Positions 39,060-49,140 of a stretch of DNA of 64,000 nt are shown one piece after another. The notes under the pieces are model-generated. The model was not told the DNA's origin. It saw only the letters and a list, made by a program, of their open reading frames with translations, and ran no database searches. The position numbers and the translations under genes are program-made. Position 1 is the first letter of the stretch; every line of letters begins with the position of its first letter. This stretch comes from Longimicrobiales bacterium (GTDB taxonomy: Bacteria > Gemmatimonadota > Gemmatimonadetes > Longimicrobiales > Gaopeijiaceae), in the NCBI GenBank assembly GCA_965198065.1, contig CBDAON010000004.1, forward strand, positions 736,001 through 800,000, given 5' to 3'.

Positions 39060-40342
39060 GCCCCGTCCACGCGTTGGATCTCCGCACCAACGCCCCGCAG
39101 GCGGTCGTCGATGCGCTCGTACCCACGCTCGATCTGCCCGATGTTGTGGATCGTGCTGGTCCCCCGCGCAGCGAGAGCGGCAAGGAGGAGCGCCATCCCC
39201 GCTCGGATGTCCGGGCTCTCGACGGCGCCCCCGCGAAGGCGGGCCGGCCCTACGACGACGGCCCGGTGCGGATCGCAAAGGATGATCTGGGCGCCCATGC
39301 CGACGAGCTTGTCCGTGAAGTACATTCGCGACTCAAACATCTTCTCGTGGATGAGGATCGTTCCGCGGCACTGCGTCGCCGTGACCAGCGCGATCGGCGT
39401 CAGGTCAGCGGGAAACGCGGGCCACGGCCCGTCGTCCATCTTCGGAATGTGGCCGAAGTGGTCCGCCCGGATCTCGCGGTCCCGGTCGCCGAGGACCACC
39501 AGGTCCGTCCCTTCGACTTCGCAGGTCACGCCCAGCTTCTCGAAGGCGAGGAGCGTCGAGTCGAGATGCTGGAGGGGCGCCCCCTCCACCCGAATGACGC
39601 TCCCGGTAGCGGCGGCGAGCCCGATGAACGACCCCACTTCGATGTGATCCGGCTGGATCGGGAAGGTCGCACCGGCCAGGCTCTTCACCCCTTCGATCTC
39701 GAGCACGTGCATCCCAACCCCGGAGATGCGCGCACCCATTCGCTGAAGGAGCCCGCAGAGGTCCTGCACGTGCGGCTCGGCGGCCGCGTTCCGGATCAGC
39801 GTGCTTCCCCGGGCCAGCACGGCCGCCATGACGGCGTTCTCCGTGGCCGTGACCGATGGCTCATCCAAGAAGATGTCACCGCCCCGGAGCTCCGGGGCAT
39901 GCACCTCGAAGCCCTCCTTTTCGAACGACGTCTCAGCCCCCAGCTTTTGAAACGCCAGGAAGTGGGTATCAAGACGCCGCCGCCCGATCACGTCCCCGCC
40001 GGGAGGGGGAAGGCTCACGCGTCCCACCCGCGCGAGGAGCGGACCGGCCAGGAGGATCGAGGCCCGGATCCTCCGGGCGAGCTCTGGATGGAGGCCCGCG
40101 GTCGGTACGTCGCGCGCCTGGATGCGTACGGTTCCGGGCGCCGGCCAGTCCACGGCGGCGCCGAGGGATCCGATGATCTCGAGGAGCGTTTCCACGTCCC
40201 GGATTCGGGGAACGTTCTCCAAGACGACCGGCTCGGCCGTGAGGAGGGCCGCCGCCATGCAGGGGAGGGCCGCGTTCTTGTTTCCGGAGGGCCGTAGCGC
40301 GCCCGACAGGGGGCGCCCCCCCTCCACGACAAAGGAAGACAT
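39056..40342 (-). CDS. murA: UDP-N-acetylglucosamine 1-carboxyvinyltransferase
   Basis: SGNKNAALP, RASILLAGP, PPGGDVIGRR (Asp at the E. coli Cys115 position), SVTATEN, PDIRAG, IERGYE. Confidence 0.96.
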   Translation of the reverse strand: MSSFVVEGGRPLSGALRPSGNKNAALPCMAAALLTAEPVVLENVPRIRDVETLLEIIGSLGAAVDWPAPGTVRIQARDVPTAGLHPELARRIRASILLAGPLLARVGRVSLPPPGGDVIGRRRLDTHFLAFQKLGAETSFEKEGFEVHAPELRGGDIFLDEPSVTATENAVMAAVLARGSTLIRNAAAEPHVQDLCGLLQRMGARISGVGMHVLEIEGVKSLAGATFPIQPDHIEVGSFIGLAAATGSVIRVEGAPLQHLDSTLLAFEKLGVTCEVEGTDLVVLGDRDREIRADHFGHIPKMDDGPWPAFPADLTPIALVTATQCRGTILIHEKMFESRMYFTDKLVGMGAQIILCDPHRAVVVGPARLRGGAVESPDIRAGMALLLAALAARGTSTIHNIGQIERGYERIDDRLRGVGAEIQRVDGA

Positions 40343-40435
40343 GGGGCGCAGAACTTACCTCAGGGGTTCGGTCACTACAACGGGGAGCGGCCGCCCCAGT
40401 GGATCGACGCGGCGTCCGCCGGTTATTGTCCTTGT

Positions 40436-41089
40436 ATGACGCTCGGTACGACGCTCGCACCCATGCAGGGACTGGCCCCGGCCGATACAGTGGCCACGGT
40501 GGCGGCACGAGACACGATCGACTGGATCGTAGCCGCGGCCGCGGGCTCCGTGGTCCTCCTGACGCTGCTCCTCCTCGTCACGGTCGTCTTCGTGTTCGTC
40601 CAGGCCCGACAGGCGCGACGCGGGCTCGCCGAGGTGAGCCGGAAGCTGTCCGGGGATCCGGCCATGGAGAGCCTGCGCCGCGCAGCCGAGAACGTGGCCC
40701 GGGTCTCCGATGCCGTGCGGGACGAGGTCGAGCGATTCTCCGGCTCCGTCGCTCGGCTCTCCGATCAGCTCGAGCGGGCGTCGGCTAGGATCGAGGAGCG
40801 GATCGACGAGTTCAACGCCCTTCTCAAGGTCGTTCAGCGGGAGGCCGAGCAGGCCTTCGTGGAGGGGGCGTCCAAGGCGCGTGGCGTGCAGGCGGGGCTC
40901 GGCGCCCTGAGGAGCGACCCCGCCGACCGCGGTTCAGGAGCCCGGCAGACAGACGGCTCCAGCGACGGGGGGCGAGCCCCCCTCGGCCGGGAGGGGGAAC
41001 GCCCGCACGACGCCCATCCGGACGATTCCCAGATCGGAGACCCCGGCGGCGAGGCGCGAGAGGAAGCTCGCTCGGAGGAGGACGTGTGA
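40436..41089 (+). CDS. Membrane-anchored coiled-coil protein (DUF948-like), hypothetical
   Basis: One long TM helix, heptad-like helical region and a disordered acidic tail. Confidence 0.6.
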   Translation: MTLGTTLAPMQGLAPADTVATVAARDTIDWIVAAAAGSVVLLTLLLLVTVVFVFVQARQARRGLAEVSRKLSGDPAMESLRRAAENVARVSDAVRDEVERFSGSVARLSDQLERASARIEERIDEFNALLKVVQREAEQAFVEGASKARGVQAGLGALRSDPADRGSGARQTDGSSDGGRAPLGREGERPHDAHPDDSQIGDPGGEAREEARSEEDV

Positions 41090-41093
41090 CCGC

Positions 41094-42104
41094 GTGGGGG
41101 GGGCCCTGAGGGCGGTCGGGCGGCGTCCCGGGGAGGCGCTCGCGCGTTCCCTCCTACTCTCTCTGGCCACGGCGATCGTCTGGCTCCTGATCGCTCCGTC
41201 GGAATTGCTCGCGTGGGGGCCGGCCACACACGTCGCGATCGGCGAGGCGGTTCTCGCGTCGCTCCATCTCCTTTCCCCCGCCGTCCGCGTCCTTCTCGAC
41301 CGACACCGGCTCGCCTTCCTCTACGGGTCGGTGGCAGCGGACATCTCGTTCGCGAAGAAGTACGCCGCGGTGGGGCGCCACTCCCATCACTGGCACATCG
41401 GACATGAGATCCTGGAGAGCGCCGACTCGGAGTTCCTGCGCGCGGTAGCTCTCGGCTACCTGTCCCATCTCGCCGCCGACACGATCGCCCACAACTTCTT
41501 CGTTCCGAGGCGGCTCCTCCTCACCAGCACGTCCCACACGGTCGGGCACACGTACTGGGAGCACCGGATGGACGTCCATCTCGGGAAGCGCTTCGGGGGA
41601 AAGGCTCGCAAGATCGTCCTCTTCAACGACCACTCCAAGGCGGACGAGCTCTTCGACCGCGTGCTCTCGCGGACGCTCTTCTCGTTCCGGACAAACCGCC
41701 GGATCTTCCGCGGCATGATCGCCTTCCAGGACGACGAGCGCTGGCAGCAGATCTTCGAAGAGATCCTCCGTCGCTCGCGATTCGACCTGCCGAGAGAGTA
41801 CAGGGATCGCTACATCCGGCTGTCGTACGATTTCGTGATGGAGTTTCTCGCCGACGGAGCGAGGGCCCGCGCCATGTCGCTGGACCCCATCGGGACGGAG
41901 CACCTGAGGCTCGCGAAGGTTATCCGGAGGGAGGTCCGGTTCGCCCCCGGAGGCCTGGATCCGGTGGCGATCGAGGCGCTCGCCGAGCGACACTTCGCCC
42001 TCCCCCCCGAGCCCCTGATCTACGTTCCTCGCGCGCCCAATGGAATCGCGGTGCCCGGGCTGCGCCGCGGGGAGGCGGCGGTTTCGGACGGGCGCGCCGG
42101 CTGA
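41094..42104 (+). CDS. Zinc-dependent phospholipase C family protein
   Basis: Signal peptide then WGPATH, FLYGSVAADI, GYLSHLAADTIAHN and HTYWE zinc-ligand pattern. Confidence 0.82.
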   Translation: MGGALRAVGRRPGEALARSLLLSLATAIVWLLIAPSELLAWGPATHVAIGEAVLASLHLLSPAVRVLLDRHRLAFLYGSVAADISFAKKYAAVGRHSHHWHIGHEILESADSEFLRAVALGYLSHLAADTIAHNFFVPRRLLLTSTSHTVGHTYWEHRMDVHLGKRFGGKARKIVLFNDHSKADELFDRVLSRTLFSFRTNRRIFRGMIAFQDDERWQQIFEEILRRSRFDLPREYRDRYIRLSYDFVMEFLADGARARAMSLDPIGTEHLRLAKVIRREVRFAPGGLDPVAIEALAERHFALPPEPLIYVPRAPNGIAVPGLRRGEAAVSDGRAG

Positions 42105-42125
42105 ACCTTCGGGCGCCGCCGCCTC

Positions 42126-43628
42126 TCAGCTCCCGAGCTTCGCCCCCAGGAGGCGCGCCACCTCGCCGGGATCCGCCTTTCCGCGGGACGCCTTCATCAC
42201 CTGTCCCATGAAGTAGCCCTGGAGCTTCTTCTCTCCGGCCCGGAAGCGAGCCACCTCGTCGGTGTGGGCGCCGAGCACCTCGTCCACCCACCCTTCGAGT
42301 TGGCCGCGATCCCTCACCAGGGCCAGCCCCTCGGTCTCCACGATCTCGCCCGGTGCACACCCGGTCTCGATCACCCGCCTCAGAACGTCCTTTCCCACCG
42401 ACTGGCTGATCTTCCCACCCTCGACGAGCTGGATCACCCGCAAGAGGGTGTCGGGCGCGACGGGGTACTCCTCCGGCGCCCAATCCCTCTCCTTGAGGGT
42501 CGCGAGGACCGGCCCCATGACCCAGTTGGACGCTTGCTTCGGATCAGCTCCGCCTGCCACCTGCTCGAAGTAGTCCCCGAGCGCGCGGGTGGCCGTGAGG
42601 ACCTCAGCGTCGTACGCGGGAAGTCCATATGCATCCCGGAAGCGAGCGCGCCGGGCGCCCGGAAGCTCGGGGAGCGTGTCACGGATCCGCTCGACGTCGG
42701 ACGGCACCACTACGAGCGGAGGAAGGTCGGGGTCGGGAAAGTAGCGGTAATCGTGGCTCTCCTCCTTCGTTCGCATGGGACGCACCTCCCCCCGCACCTC
42801 GTCCCAGAGCAAGGTGACGTGCTCAACACTCTCCTCGCGGGCGAGGAGCCCTTCCTGGCGAGCCAGCTCGATGCGGATCGCCTTCTCCACGCCCGAGAAG
42901 GAGTTCATGTTCTTGATCTCGGTCTTAACGCCGAGCGCCTCCGCTCCCCGCAGCCGGACGGACACGTTCGCGTCCACCCGGAGTGACCCTTCCTCCATGT
43001 TGCAATCCGAGACGTCCAGGTATTCGAGCACCTGCTTCACCTGCTGGAGGTAGGCGCGCGTCTCCGCCGGCGAGCGGAGGTCCGGCTCGGAGACGAGCTC
43101 GATCAGGGGCGTCCCGGTGCGGTTCAGGTCCACGGCTGTGGCCCCGGGGAAGCGATCGTGGATCGACTTTCCCGCGTCCTCCTCCAGGTGGATCCGCCGG
43201 ATCCGGACCTCGCGCTCCCCGCCTCCCTCGCCCACGACGAACCGGCCGCCGGTCGCCAGCGGCCGCTCGAACTGGGAGATCTGGTAGCCCTTGGGAAGGT
43301 CTGGATAGAAGTAGTTCTTCCGCGCGAAAATGCTCGTCTCGTGGACTGTGCAGCCGAACGCGAGCGCCGCGCGGACCGCGAGCTCGACCGCCTCCCGGTT
43401 CACCACCGGGAGCGCGCCAGGAAGACCCAGGCACACGGGACAGACGTTCGAGTTCGGGGCGTCGCCGAAGCGAGTGGAATCGGCGCAGAAGAGCTTCCAG
43501 TCCGTGCGGAGCTGAACGTGAATCTCGAGACCGATCACGGCCTCCCACTCCCCTTCGGCCCGGGCCCGCGCGCGCCCGGTCACCGGGCCGCTCCCGTGCG
43601 CGTCGCGGTGGGAGACGGCTGGGGCCAC
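42126..43628 (-). CDS. gatB: Asp/Glu-tRNA amidotransferase subunit B
   Basis: VIGLEIHVQL, RKNYFYPDLPKGYQISQ, HLEEDAGK, YRYFPDPDLPP. Confidence 0.97.
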   Translation of the reverse strand: MAPAVSHRDAHGSGPVTGRARARAEGEWEAVIGLEIHVQLRTDWKLFCADSTRFGDAPNSNVCPVCLGLPGALPVVNREAVELAVRAALAFGCTVHETSIFARKNYFYPDLPKGYQISQFERPLATGGRFVVGEGGGEREVRIRRIHLEEDAGKSIHDRFPGATAVDLNRTGTPLIELVSEPDLRSPAETRAYLQQVKQVLEYLDVSDCNMEEGSLRVDANVSVRLRGAEALGVKTEIKNMNSFSGVEKAIRIELARQEGLLAREESVEHVTLLWDEVRGEVRPMRTKEESHDYRYFPDPDLPPLVVVPSDVERIRDTLPELPGARRARFRDAYGLPAYDAEVLTATRALGDYFEQVAGGADPKQASNWVMGPVLATLKERDWAPEEYPVAPDTLLRVIQLVEGGKISQSVGKDVLRRVIETGCAPGEIVETEGLALVRDRGQLEGWVDEVLGAHTDEVARFRAGEKKLQGYFMGQVMKASRGKADPGEVARLLGAKLGS

Positions 43629-43647
43629 TGAGCGACGCTCATCGGGC

Positions 43648-45123
43648 TCACGCGTAGGCTCCTGAGACGCTCGCCTCGAGAGCCCGAGCCGCTCGGATCA
43701 TCGTGCCCTCCTGCCACATAGGAGCGAGGATCTGCCCCCCCACCGGGAGCCCGTTCACGGCTCCGATGGGAAGCGAGATCCCGGGGATCCCGGCCAGGTT
43801 CGCGGTCACGGTGAAGATATCCGAGAGGTACATCGCGACCGGGTCCTCTGTCCGCTCGCCGAGCGGAAACGCGGGGCTGGGCGTGACCGGTGTGAAGAGG
43901 AGGTCTACCCCAGCCTCCCACACGCGCTGGAAATCCCGGGCGATGAGGGTCCTGACCTTCTGAGCGCGTCCGTAGTAGGCGTCGTGGTAGCCGGCCGAAA
44001 GGGCGAAGGTCCCGAGCATGATCCGGCGGACGACCTCCCTCCCGAACCCGCGGGTCCGCGACTCCTCGTAGACCGCCCGCACGGAGTCGGCCCCGGGCGC
44101 ACGGAACCCGTATCGGACGCCGTCGTAGCGGGCCAGGTTCGAGGACGCTTCGGCCGGCGCCAGGACATAGTACGTAGGGACGGCCCACGGGGTGTGCGGC
44201 AGGGACACGTCCTCGATCTCGGCCCCCGCCTCCCTCAGCCGGTCCACTGCTTCCCGGCAGATCAAGGCCACCTCGGAATCGAGCTCGTCGGTGAAGTACT
44301 CGCGCGGGACCCCGATCCGAAGCCCCTTGATGCCCGGCTCCTTGTTCCGAATCCAGTCCGGAACGTCGAGGGGCGCCGAGGTCGCGTCCCGGGAGTCGTG
44401 CCCCGCGACGGCGTGGAGGAGGAGCGCCGCGTCCTCCACGGTCGCGCCGAGCGTCCCAACCTGATCGAGGGACGAAGCGAACGCGACGAGGCCGTATCGG
44501 CTCACCCGCCCGTAGGTGGGCTTGATCCCGACGACACCGCAGAACGCCGCGGGCTGTCGGACCGAGCCCCCCGTGTCGGATCCGAGGGCGCAGGGCACGA
44601 CCCCTGCCGCCACCGCAGCCGCAGATCCCCCAGAGCTCCCCCCAGGGACCCGGGACCGATCGCGTGGATTTCGCGTGGGGCCGAAGCCGGAGTTCTCCGT
44701 CGAGGAGCCCATCGCGAACTCGTCCATGTTCGTCTTTCCGAGAACGATCGCGCCCGCGCCGCGAAGACGCCGGACAACGGTAGCCTCGAACGGCGAGACG
44801 TATCCCTCCAGAATCCGGGAGCCACACGTGGTAGGCAGCTCCATGGTGCAGAGGTTGTCCTTCACGGCCACGGGCACGCCGGCGAGGGGACCCGCGCGCG
44901 GGCCCTGGCCGGGGTCGCCGCCGGCACCCGGGCCGCCGGAGCCGACCTCGCCCGGCGGCGGCGGACGGCTCTCGGGACCCAGGGCGAGGAACGCATGCAC
45001 GGGATCGGCTCCGGCCTCGACCTCTCGGGCCCGAGCGAGTGCCTCCCCGACGTAATGATCGGGGGGGACCCGCCCGGCCCGAACCGCCTCGGCCATCTGC
45101 CGGGCATTCGGAGTCGCGCTCAC
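43648..45123 (-). CDS. gatA: Asp/Glu-tRNA amidotransferase subunit A
   Basis: [44 protein letters not shown]. Confidence 0.97.
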   Translation of the reverse strand: MSATPNARQMAEAVRAGRVPPDHYVGEALARAREVEAGADPVHAFLALGPESRPPPPGEVGSGGPGAGGDPGQGPRAGPLAGVPVAVKDNLCTMELPTTCGSRILEGYVSPFEATVVRRLRGAGAIVLGKTNMDEFAMGSSTENSGFGPTRNPRDRSRVPGGSSGGSAAAVAAGVVPCALGSDTGGSVRQPAAFCGVVGIKPTYGRVSRYGLVAFASSLDQVGTLGATVEDAALLLHAVAGHDSRDATSAPLDVPDWIRNKEPGIKGLRIGVPREYFTDELDSEVALICREAVDRLREAGAEIEDVSLPHTPWAVPTYYVLAPAEASSNLARYDGVRYGFRAPGADSVRAVYEESRTRGFGREVVRRIMLGTFALSAGYHDAYYGRAQKVRTLIARDFQRVWEAGVDLLFTPVTPSPAFPLGERTEDPVAMYLSDIFTVTANLAGIPGISLPIGAVNGLPVGGQILAPMWQEGTMIRAARALEASVSGAYA

Positions 45124-45211
45124 CGGGGCACCTCGCTCCGTCGCAGTCCCGTCCGTCGCTGCGGGTCACACCTAATGCCGCGCCCGCCCCCCCGTTGCCG
45201 TGAGTCTCGCC

Positions 45212-45544
45212 TCACGCCGCGCCGCCCTCCCTTTCCGAGGCCTCGCCCTCGTCGAGGGCCGGAAGACGGGGCACGATGAAGAAGCCATCCGCACACTCGG
45301 GGGCCCGGTCGCCCGGCGCCCCGGAGGCGAGCTCGTCCCGACCGAGGCGCGGGTCCCTGAACGCAACGACCTCGGAAACGGTCCATCCGCCTTCGGCCAC
45401 TTGCGACACGTCCACCTCCTCCAGCGCGCGAACGTGGCCCAGGATCCCGTTCAGCTCACCGGTGAGGCGATCGACCGCAGCCTTGTCGGGCCGGAGCCGC
45501 GCGAGCCCGGCAATCTTTCGGACCTCCTCTCCTGAAACCTCCAC
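45212..45544 (-). CDS. gatC: Asp/Glu-tRNA amidotransferase subunit C
   Basis: EEVRKIAGLARL, FFIVPRL; upstream of gatA. Confidence 0.88.
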   Translation of the reverse strand: MEVSGEEVRKIAGLARLRPDKAAVDRLTGELNGILGHVRALEEVDVSQVAEGGWTVSEVVAFRDPRLGRDELASGAPGDRAPECADGFFIVPRLPALDEGEASEREGGAA

Positions 45545-45573
45545 GCCCCCTCCCAGTCTAGACCCCACCCCGC

Positions 45574-47910
45574 TCAGAACTCCTTCTCGAGCCCCGCGTA
45601 GCGGACCACGAGCTTCTTCCTCCCCACCGAGTGAAAGTCCACCGTGACCTTCACGTCTCTCCCGAATCCGGTGACCTCGACGACCCTGCCCGCCCCGAAC
45701 GTCGGGTGGCTCACGCGCTCGCCCTTCCGGAGGTCGGGAAGATCCTGGTTCATTTCCGCTTCGAGGGCCAGGTCGTCCCCGTCGGCCGCCGCGCTCCTGG
45801 ACGCGCCGACGCCCTGGGCCCGGCCTCGCGAGGGGCGCCGTGGCCCCTCCCAGCTTCCCGTAGACGCGAACGCCTCCTCGCTCCGGGGGAGCCCCGGGCC
45901 GCCCCAGTCCCGAGCCAGCCCTCGGGACCTCGTCTCCTTCACGAGGCCAGCGGGAATGTCCTCCACGAACGAAGAGAGCGTTCCCACCATCCAGTCCCCT
46001 CCGCGCCGGCGCTCCCGAGCCCAGCTGAGATAAAGCCGATCGCGGGCTCGGGTGATGCCCACGTAAAAGAGCCGGCGCTCCTCCTCGAGGAGGTGGGGCT
46101 CATCGTACGAGCGCATGAGCGGGAAGAGCCCCTCCTCGAGCCCCGAGATGAACACGACGGGGTACTCGAGCCCCTTCGCGTTGTGAAGGGTCATGAGCGT
46201 GATCGCGTCTGACTCGGGATCGTGGCGGTCTATGTCCGTGACAAGCGCCACCTGCTGGAGGAAGAGGTCCAGTTCGGTCACGTCGTCCGCGGTCGCTCCC
46301 TCCTCCTCTTCGACCTGGAGCTCGAGGTCGGTGGCTCCCGCGATCAGCTCCTCGACGTTCAGGACCCGTTCTTCCCCCTCGGGTCCCTCCGCCCGGAGCG
46401 ACTGGAGGAAGTCGATCCGCTCTACGAGCTCCTCGATCAGGGGGCCGACTGCGAGCGTTCGCGCGCTCGCCCTGAGATCCCGGATCAGCGCCGCGAATCG
46501 GCCTATCCCCCGGGCGGCACCCGCCGAGAGCCCAGAGACCTCTCCGGCCCGACCGGCGCCCTCCAGGAGGGACACGCCCGCCTCTCCGCACCACGACCTC
46601 AAGCGCTCGAGGCTGACCTTCCCCACACCCCTCCGGGGCAGATTTACCACCCGTTCGAACGCGGCCGTGTCGCGGGGGTTCGACACCAGGCGCAGATAGG
46701 CGAGCAAGTCCTGGATCTCGCGGCGCTCGTAAAAGCGAACCCCCCCGACGATCTGGTACGGGATCCCGCGCCGCCGGAACACGTCCTCCAGCGCCCGTGA
46801 CTGCGCGTTCGTTCGGTAGAGGACTGCCGTGTCTCGGTACCGGGCGAGGTCGCCCGACTGGAGCAGCGACTCGACCTCGCCGGCCAGGCTCGTGGCCTCG
46901 TCACGCTCGTCCTGGACCTCGAGCACCGTGATGTGCGCCCCCGCCTCGCGTGCCGTCCGGAGCGTCTTGGGTTTCCGGTTCAGGTTCCTGCGGATCACGG
47001 CGTTCGCAGCGCCGAGGATCGTCCCGGTAGAACGGTAGTTCTCCTCGAGCCGGACCACACGGGCGCCCCCGAACGTCTGCTCGAAGTCGAGGATGTTCCG
47101 GATGTCGGCTCCCCTCCAGCCGTAGATGGACTGATCGTCGTCCCCCACCACCACGAGGTTCCGGTGCACGCGCGCGAGCAACTCTACGAGCCGGAACTGG
47201 GCGTGGTTGGTGTCCTGGTACTCGTCCACGAGGATGAACTGGAACCGCTCCTGGTAGCGCGCCAGAAGCTGAGGATCCGCCTCGAACAGCTCGACGGGCT
47301 TCATCAGGAGATCGTCGAAGTCGAAGGCGTTCTGGCGGTGGAGGGATCGCTGGTACTCGGGGTAGACCTTGGCGGCCATCCGCCCCAGGAGCTGGACGCC
47401 CTCCTCGTTCTCGCGCGCGAAGCGTTCCGGACCGATCAGCTGGTTCTTCGCGTCGCCCAAGACGCTCTTCACCGCCTTCGGGCGCCAACGCTTCTGATCG
47501 ATGTCAAGCGCCTCCATGACGCGCCCCACCTCGCGGACGCTTTCGTCGGCGTCGAAGATCGTGAACCGGGCATCCCAGCCGAGCGCGCCCGCGTGACGCC
47601 GGAGAAAGCGGGCGCTGAGGGCGTGGAACGTTCCTATCCAGGCACCCGTGGGTTCTCGACCCAACAGAGCACGAATCCGACGCCTCATCTCCCCCGCAGC
47701 CTTGTTCGTGAACGTCACGGCAAGGATGCGGGCGGGTGGGACGCCGTGCTCCTGGATCAGCCGCGCGACCCGGACCGTGAGGACGCGCGTCTTTCCGGAC
47801 CCGGCACCAGCTAGGACGAGGAGCGGACCGTCCAGGTGCTCGACCGCGGCCCGTTGCTCGGGGTTCAGCTCCCTCGCAGCCTCGTCGAAAGGATGCTTCG
47901 TGGGAGTCAA
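45574..47910 (-). CDS. pcrA: ATP-dependent DNA helicase PcrA/UvrD
   Basis: LAGAGSGKT, VTFTNKAA, VDEYQD, VGDDDQSIY, YRTNAQSR, LHNAKGLEY, EEERRLFYVGITRA; C-terminal Tudor-like domain. Confidence 0.95.
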   Translation of the reverse strand: MTPTKHPFDEAARELNPEQRAAVEHLDGPLLVLAGAGSGKTRVLTVRVARLIQEHGVPPARILAVTFTNKAAGEMRRRIRALLGREPTGAWIGTFHALSARFLRRHAGALGWDARFTIFDADESVREVGRVMEALDIDQKRWRPKAVKSVLGDAKNQLIGPERFARENEEGVQLLGRMAAKVYPEYQRSLHRQNAFDFDDLLMKPVELFEADPQLLARYQERFQFILVDEYQDTNHAQFRLVELLARVHRNLVVVGDDDQSIYGWRGADIRNILDFEQTFGGARVVRLEENYRSTGTILGAANAVIRRNLNRKPKTLRTAREAGAHITVLEVQDERDEATSLAGEVESLLQSGDLARYRDTAVLYRTNAQSRALEDVFRRRGIPYQIVGGVRFYERREIQDLLAYLRLVSNPRDTAAFERVVNLPRRGVGKVSLERLRSWCGEAGVSLLEGAGRAGEVSGLSAGAARGIGRFAALIRDLRASARTLAVGPLIEELVERIDFLQSLRAEGPEGEERVLNVEELIAGATDLELQVEEEEGATADDVTELDLFLQQVALVTDIDRHDPESDAITLMTLHNAKGLEYPVVFISGLEEGLFPLMRSYDEPHLLEEERRLFYVGITRARDRLYLSWARERRRGGDWMVGTLSSFVEDIPAGLVKETRSRGLARDWGGPGLPRSEEAFASTGSWEGPRRPSRGRAQGVGASRSAAADGDDLALEAEMNQDLPDLRKGERVSHPTFGAGRVVEVTGFGRDVKVTVDFHSVGRKKLVVRYAGLEKEF

Positions 47911-49115
47911 AGCGACGCGGCGTCCGACGCTCGGGCTGGAGGGACGCGGGCAGGTAGCTTCACCCGGAACAGGGTCCCCTTCGGGCCCGTCTCAACCAGA
48001 TCGATCCGCCCTCCATGGATCTCCTCCACGATACGCCTGGCCAGCGTCAGGCCCACGCCCCAACCCCCGGACTTGGTGGTCGTTCCGGCCTGGAAGAGCT
48101 GGTCCAGGATCTCAGGATCGACGCCCGGGCCCGTGTCGCGAACCTCCAACGTGACCCAGCCAGGCTCGCCGGGGAAGGCCCAGATCGCGATCGTGCCGGC
48201 CCGTCCCGCGAGCGCGTCCAGCGCGTTCTTCACGATGTTCTCCAGAGCCCAGGTGAGGAGCACCTTATTCCCTAGGATGCTGGGAAGCCCCGGGTCCACG
48301 TCCACGTTCAGCCGGACCCCGGGTCCGAGCCTCGGCATGCGGACACCGATGTAGCGCTCAACCGCTAAGATCACGGTCTTCAGGTCGAGGGACTCGAGCA
48401 CGGTCCTCCGTCCGATCAGCTCGAAGCGCCGGCTGACGCGCTCGAGCCGGTCCACGTCGGCCCCGATCTCGGACGCGATCTCGGGATCCTCGATGTCGCT
48501 CGGGCGCTCGGCCGGCGGTAGGGAGAGAACCTCGAGCCAGCCCTTGAGCGAGGAAATCGGCGTGCCGAGTTGGTGCGCCAGCTCCCGCGCCGTGGACGTC
48601 CACGCCTGGTCCGCCTCCGCCTTCCGCTGCGATCGGATCACCGCCGAGCCGGTGAGGAAGATCAGGAGGAGGCCCCCGACCTGGAACCAGGGAACCCACC
48701 GAAGCCTCTGGAACTGGGGTGGGACGCCGAAGTGGATAACCTGCTCGAAGCTCGCCACCGGGGGATTCCGGAGATCGAGCTCACGCGAATACTCGAGCAC
48801 CCTGGCCTGGCCCTCCGGAGTGTCCAGGTCGACCTCGAACGGGAGGTTCTGGACCGACGCGACCGAGTCGCCGGAAACTGTGAGGACCATGGGGACCTCG
48901 AACTCCAGGATGATGTCCTGCAGCCGGACGAGCGATTGGTCTACGGCGAAGTCGGTCGGCGAGGTCAGCGCCCGATGCACCTCGGAGTACATCCGGCTCA
49001 TCGTCTCGGTCTCGGCACGGAGCGCCCGGACGACCTGCTCAGTGTAAACGAGGTACCAACCCAGGATGGCGAGGAAGAGCACCGCCAGGGCCGTGGACCA
49101 CCTTCCCTTGAGCAC
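47907..49115 (-). CDS. Membrane sensor histidine kinase
   Basis: Two TM helices, H-box ELAHQLGTP, N-box ENIVKNALDA, DTGPG, TTK..GWGVGL. Confidence 0.92.
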   Translation of the reverse strand: MLKGRWSTALAVLFLAILGWYLVYTEQVVRALRAETETMSRMYSEVHRALTSPTDFAVDQSLVRLQDIILEFEVPMVLTVSGDSVASVQNLPFEVDLDTPEGQARVLEYSRELDLRNPPVASFEQVIHFGVPPQFQRLRWVPWFQVGGLLLIFLTGSAVIRSQRKAEADQAWTSTARELAHQLGTPISSLKGWLEVLSLPPAERPSDIEDPEIASEIGADVDRLERVSRRFELIGRRTVLESLDLKTVILAVERYIGVRMPRLGPGVRLNVDVDPGLPSILGNKVLLTWALENIVKNALDALAGRAGTIAIWAFPGEPGWVTLEVRDTGPGVDPEILDQLFQAGTTTKSGGWGVGLTLARRIVEEIHGGRIDLVETGPKGTLFRVKLPARVPPARASDAASL

Positions 49116-49140
49116 GCTCGCCCCTCCGGACTCCGTAAGG

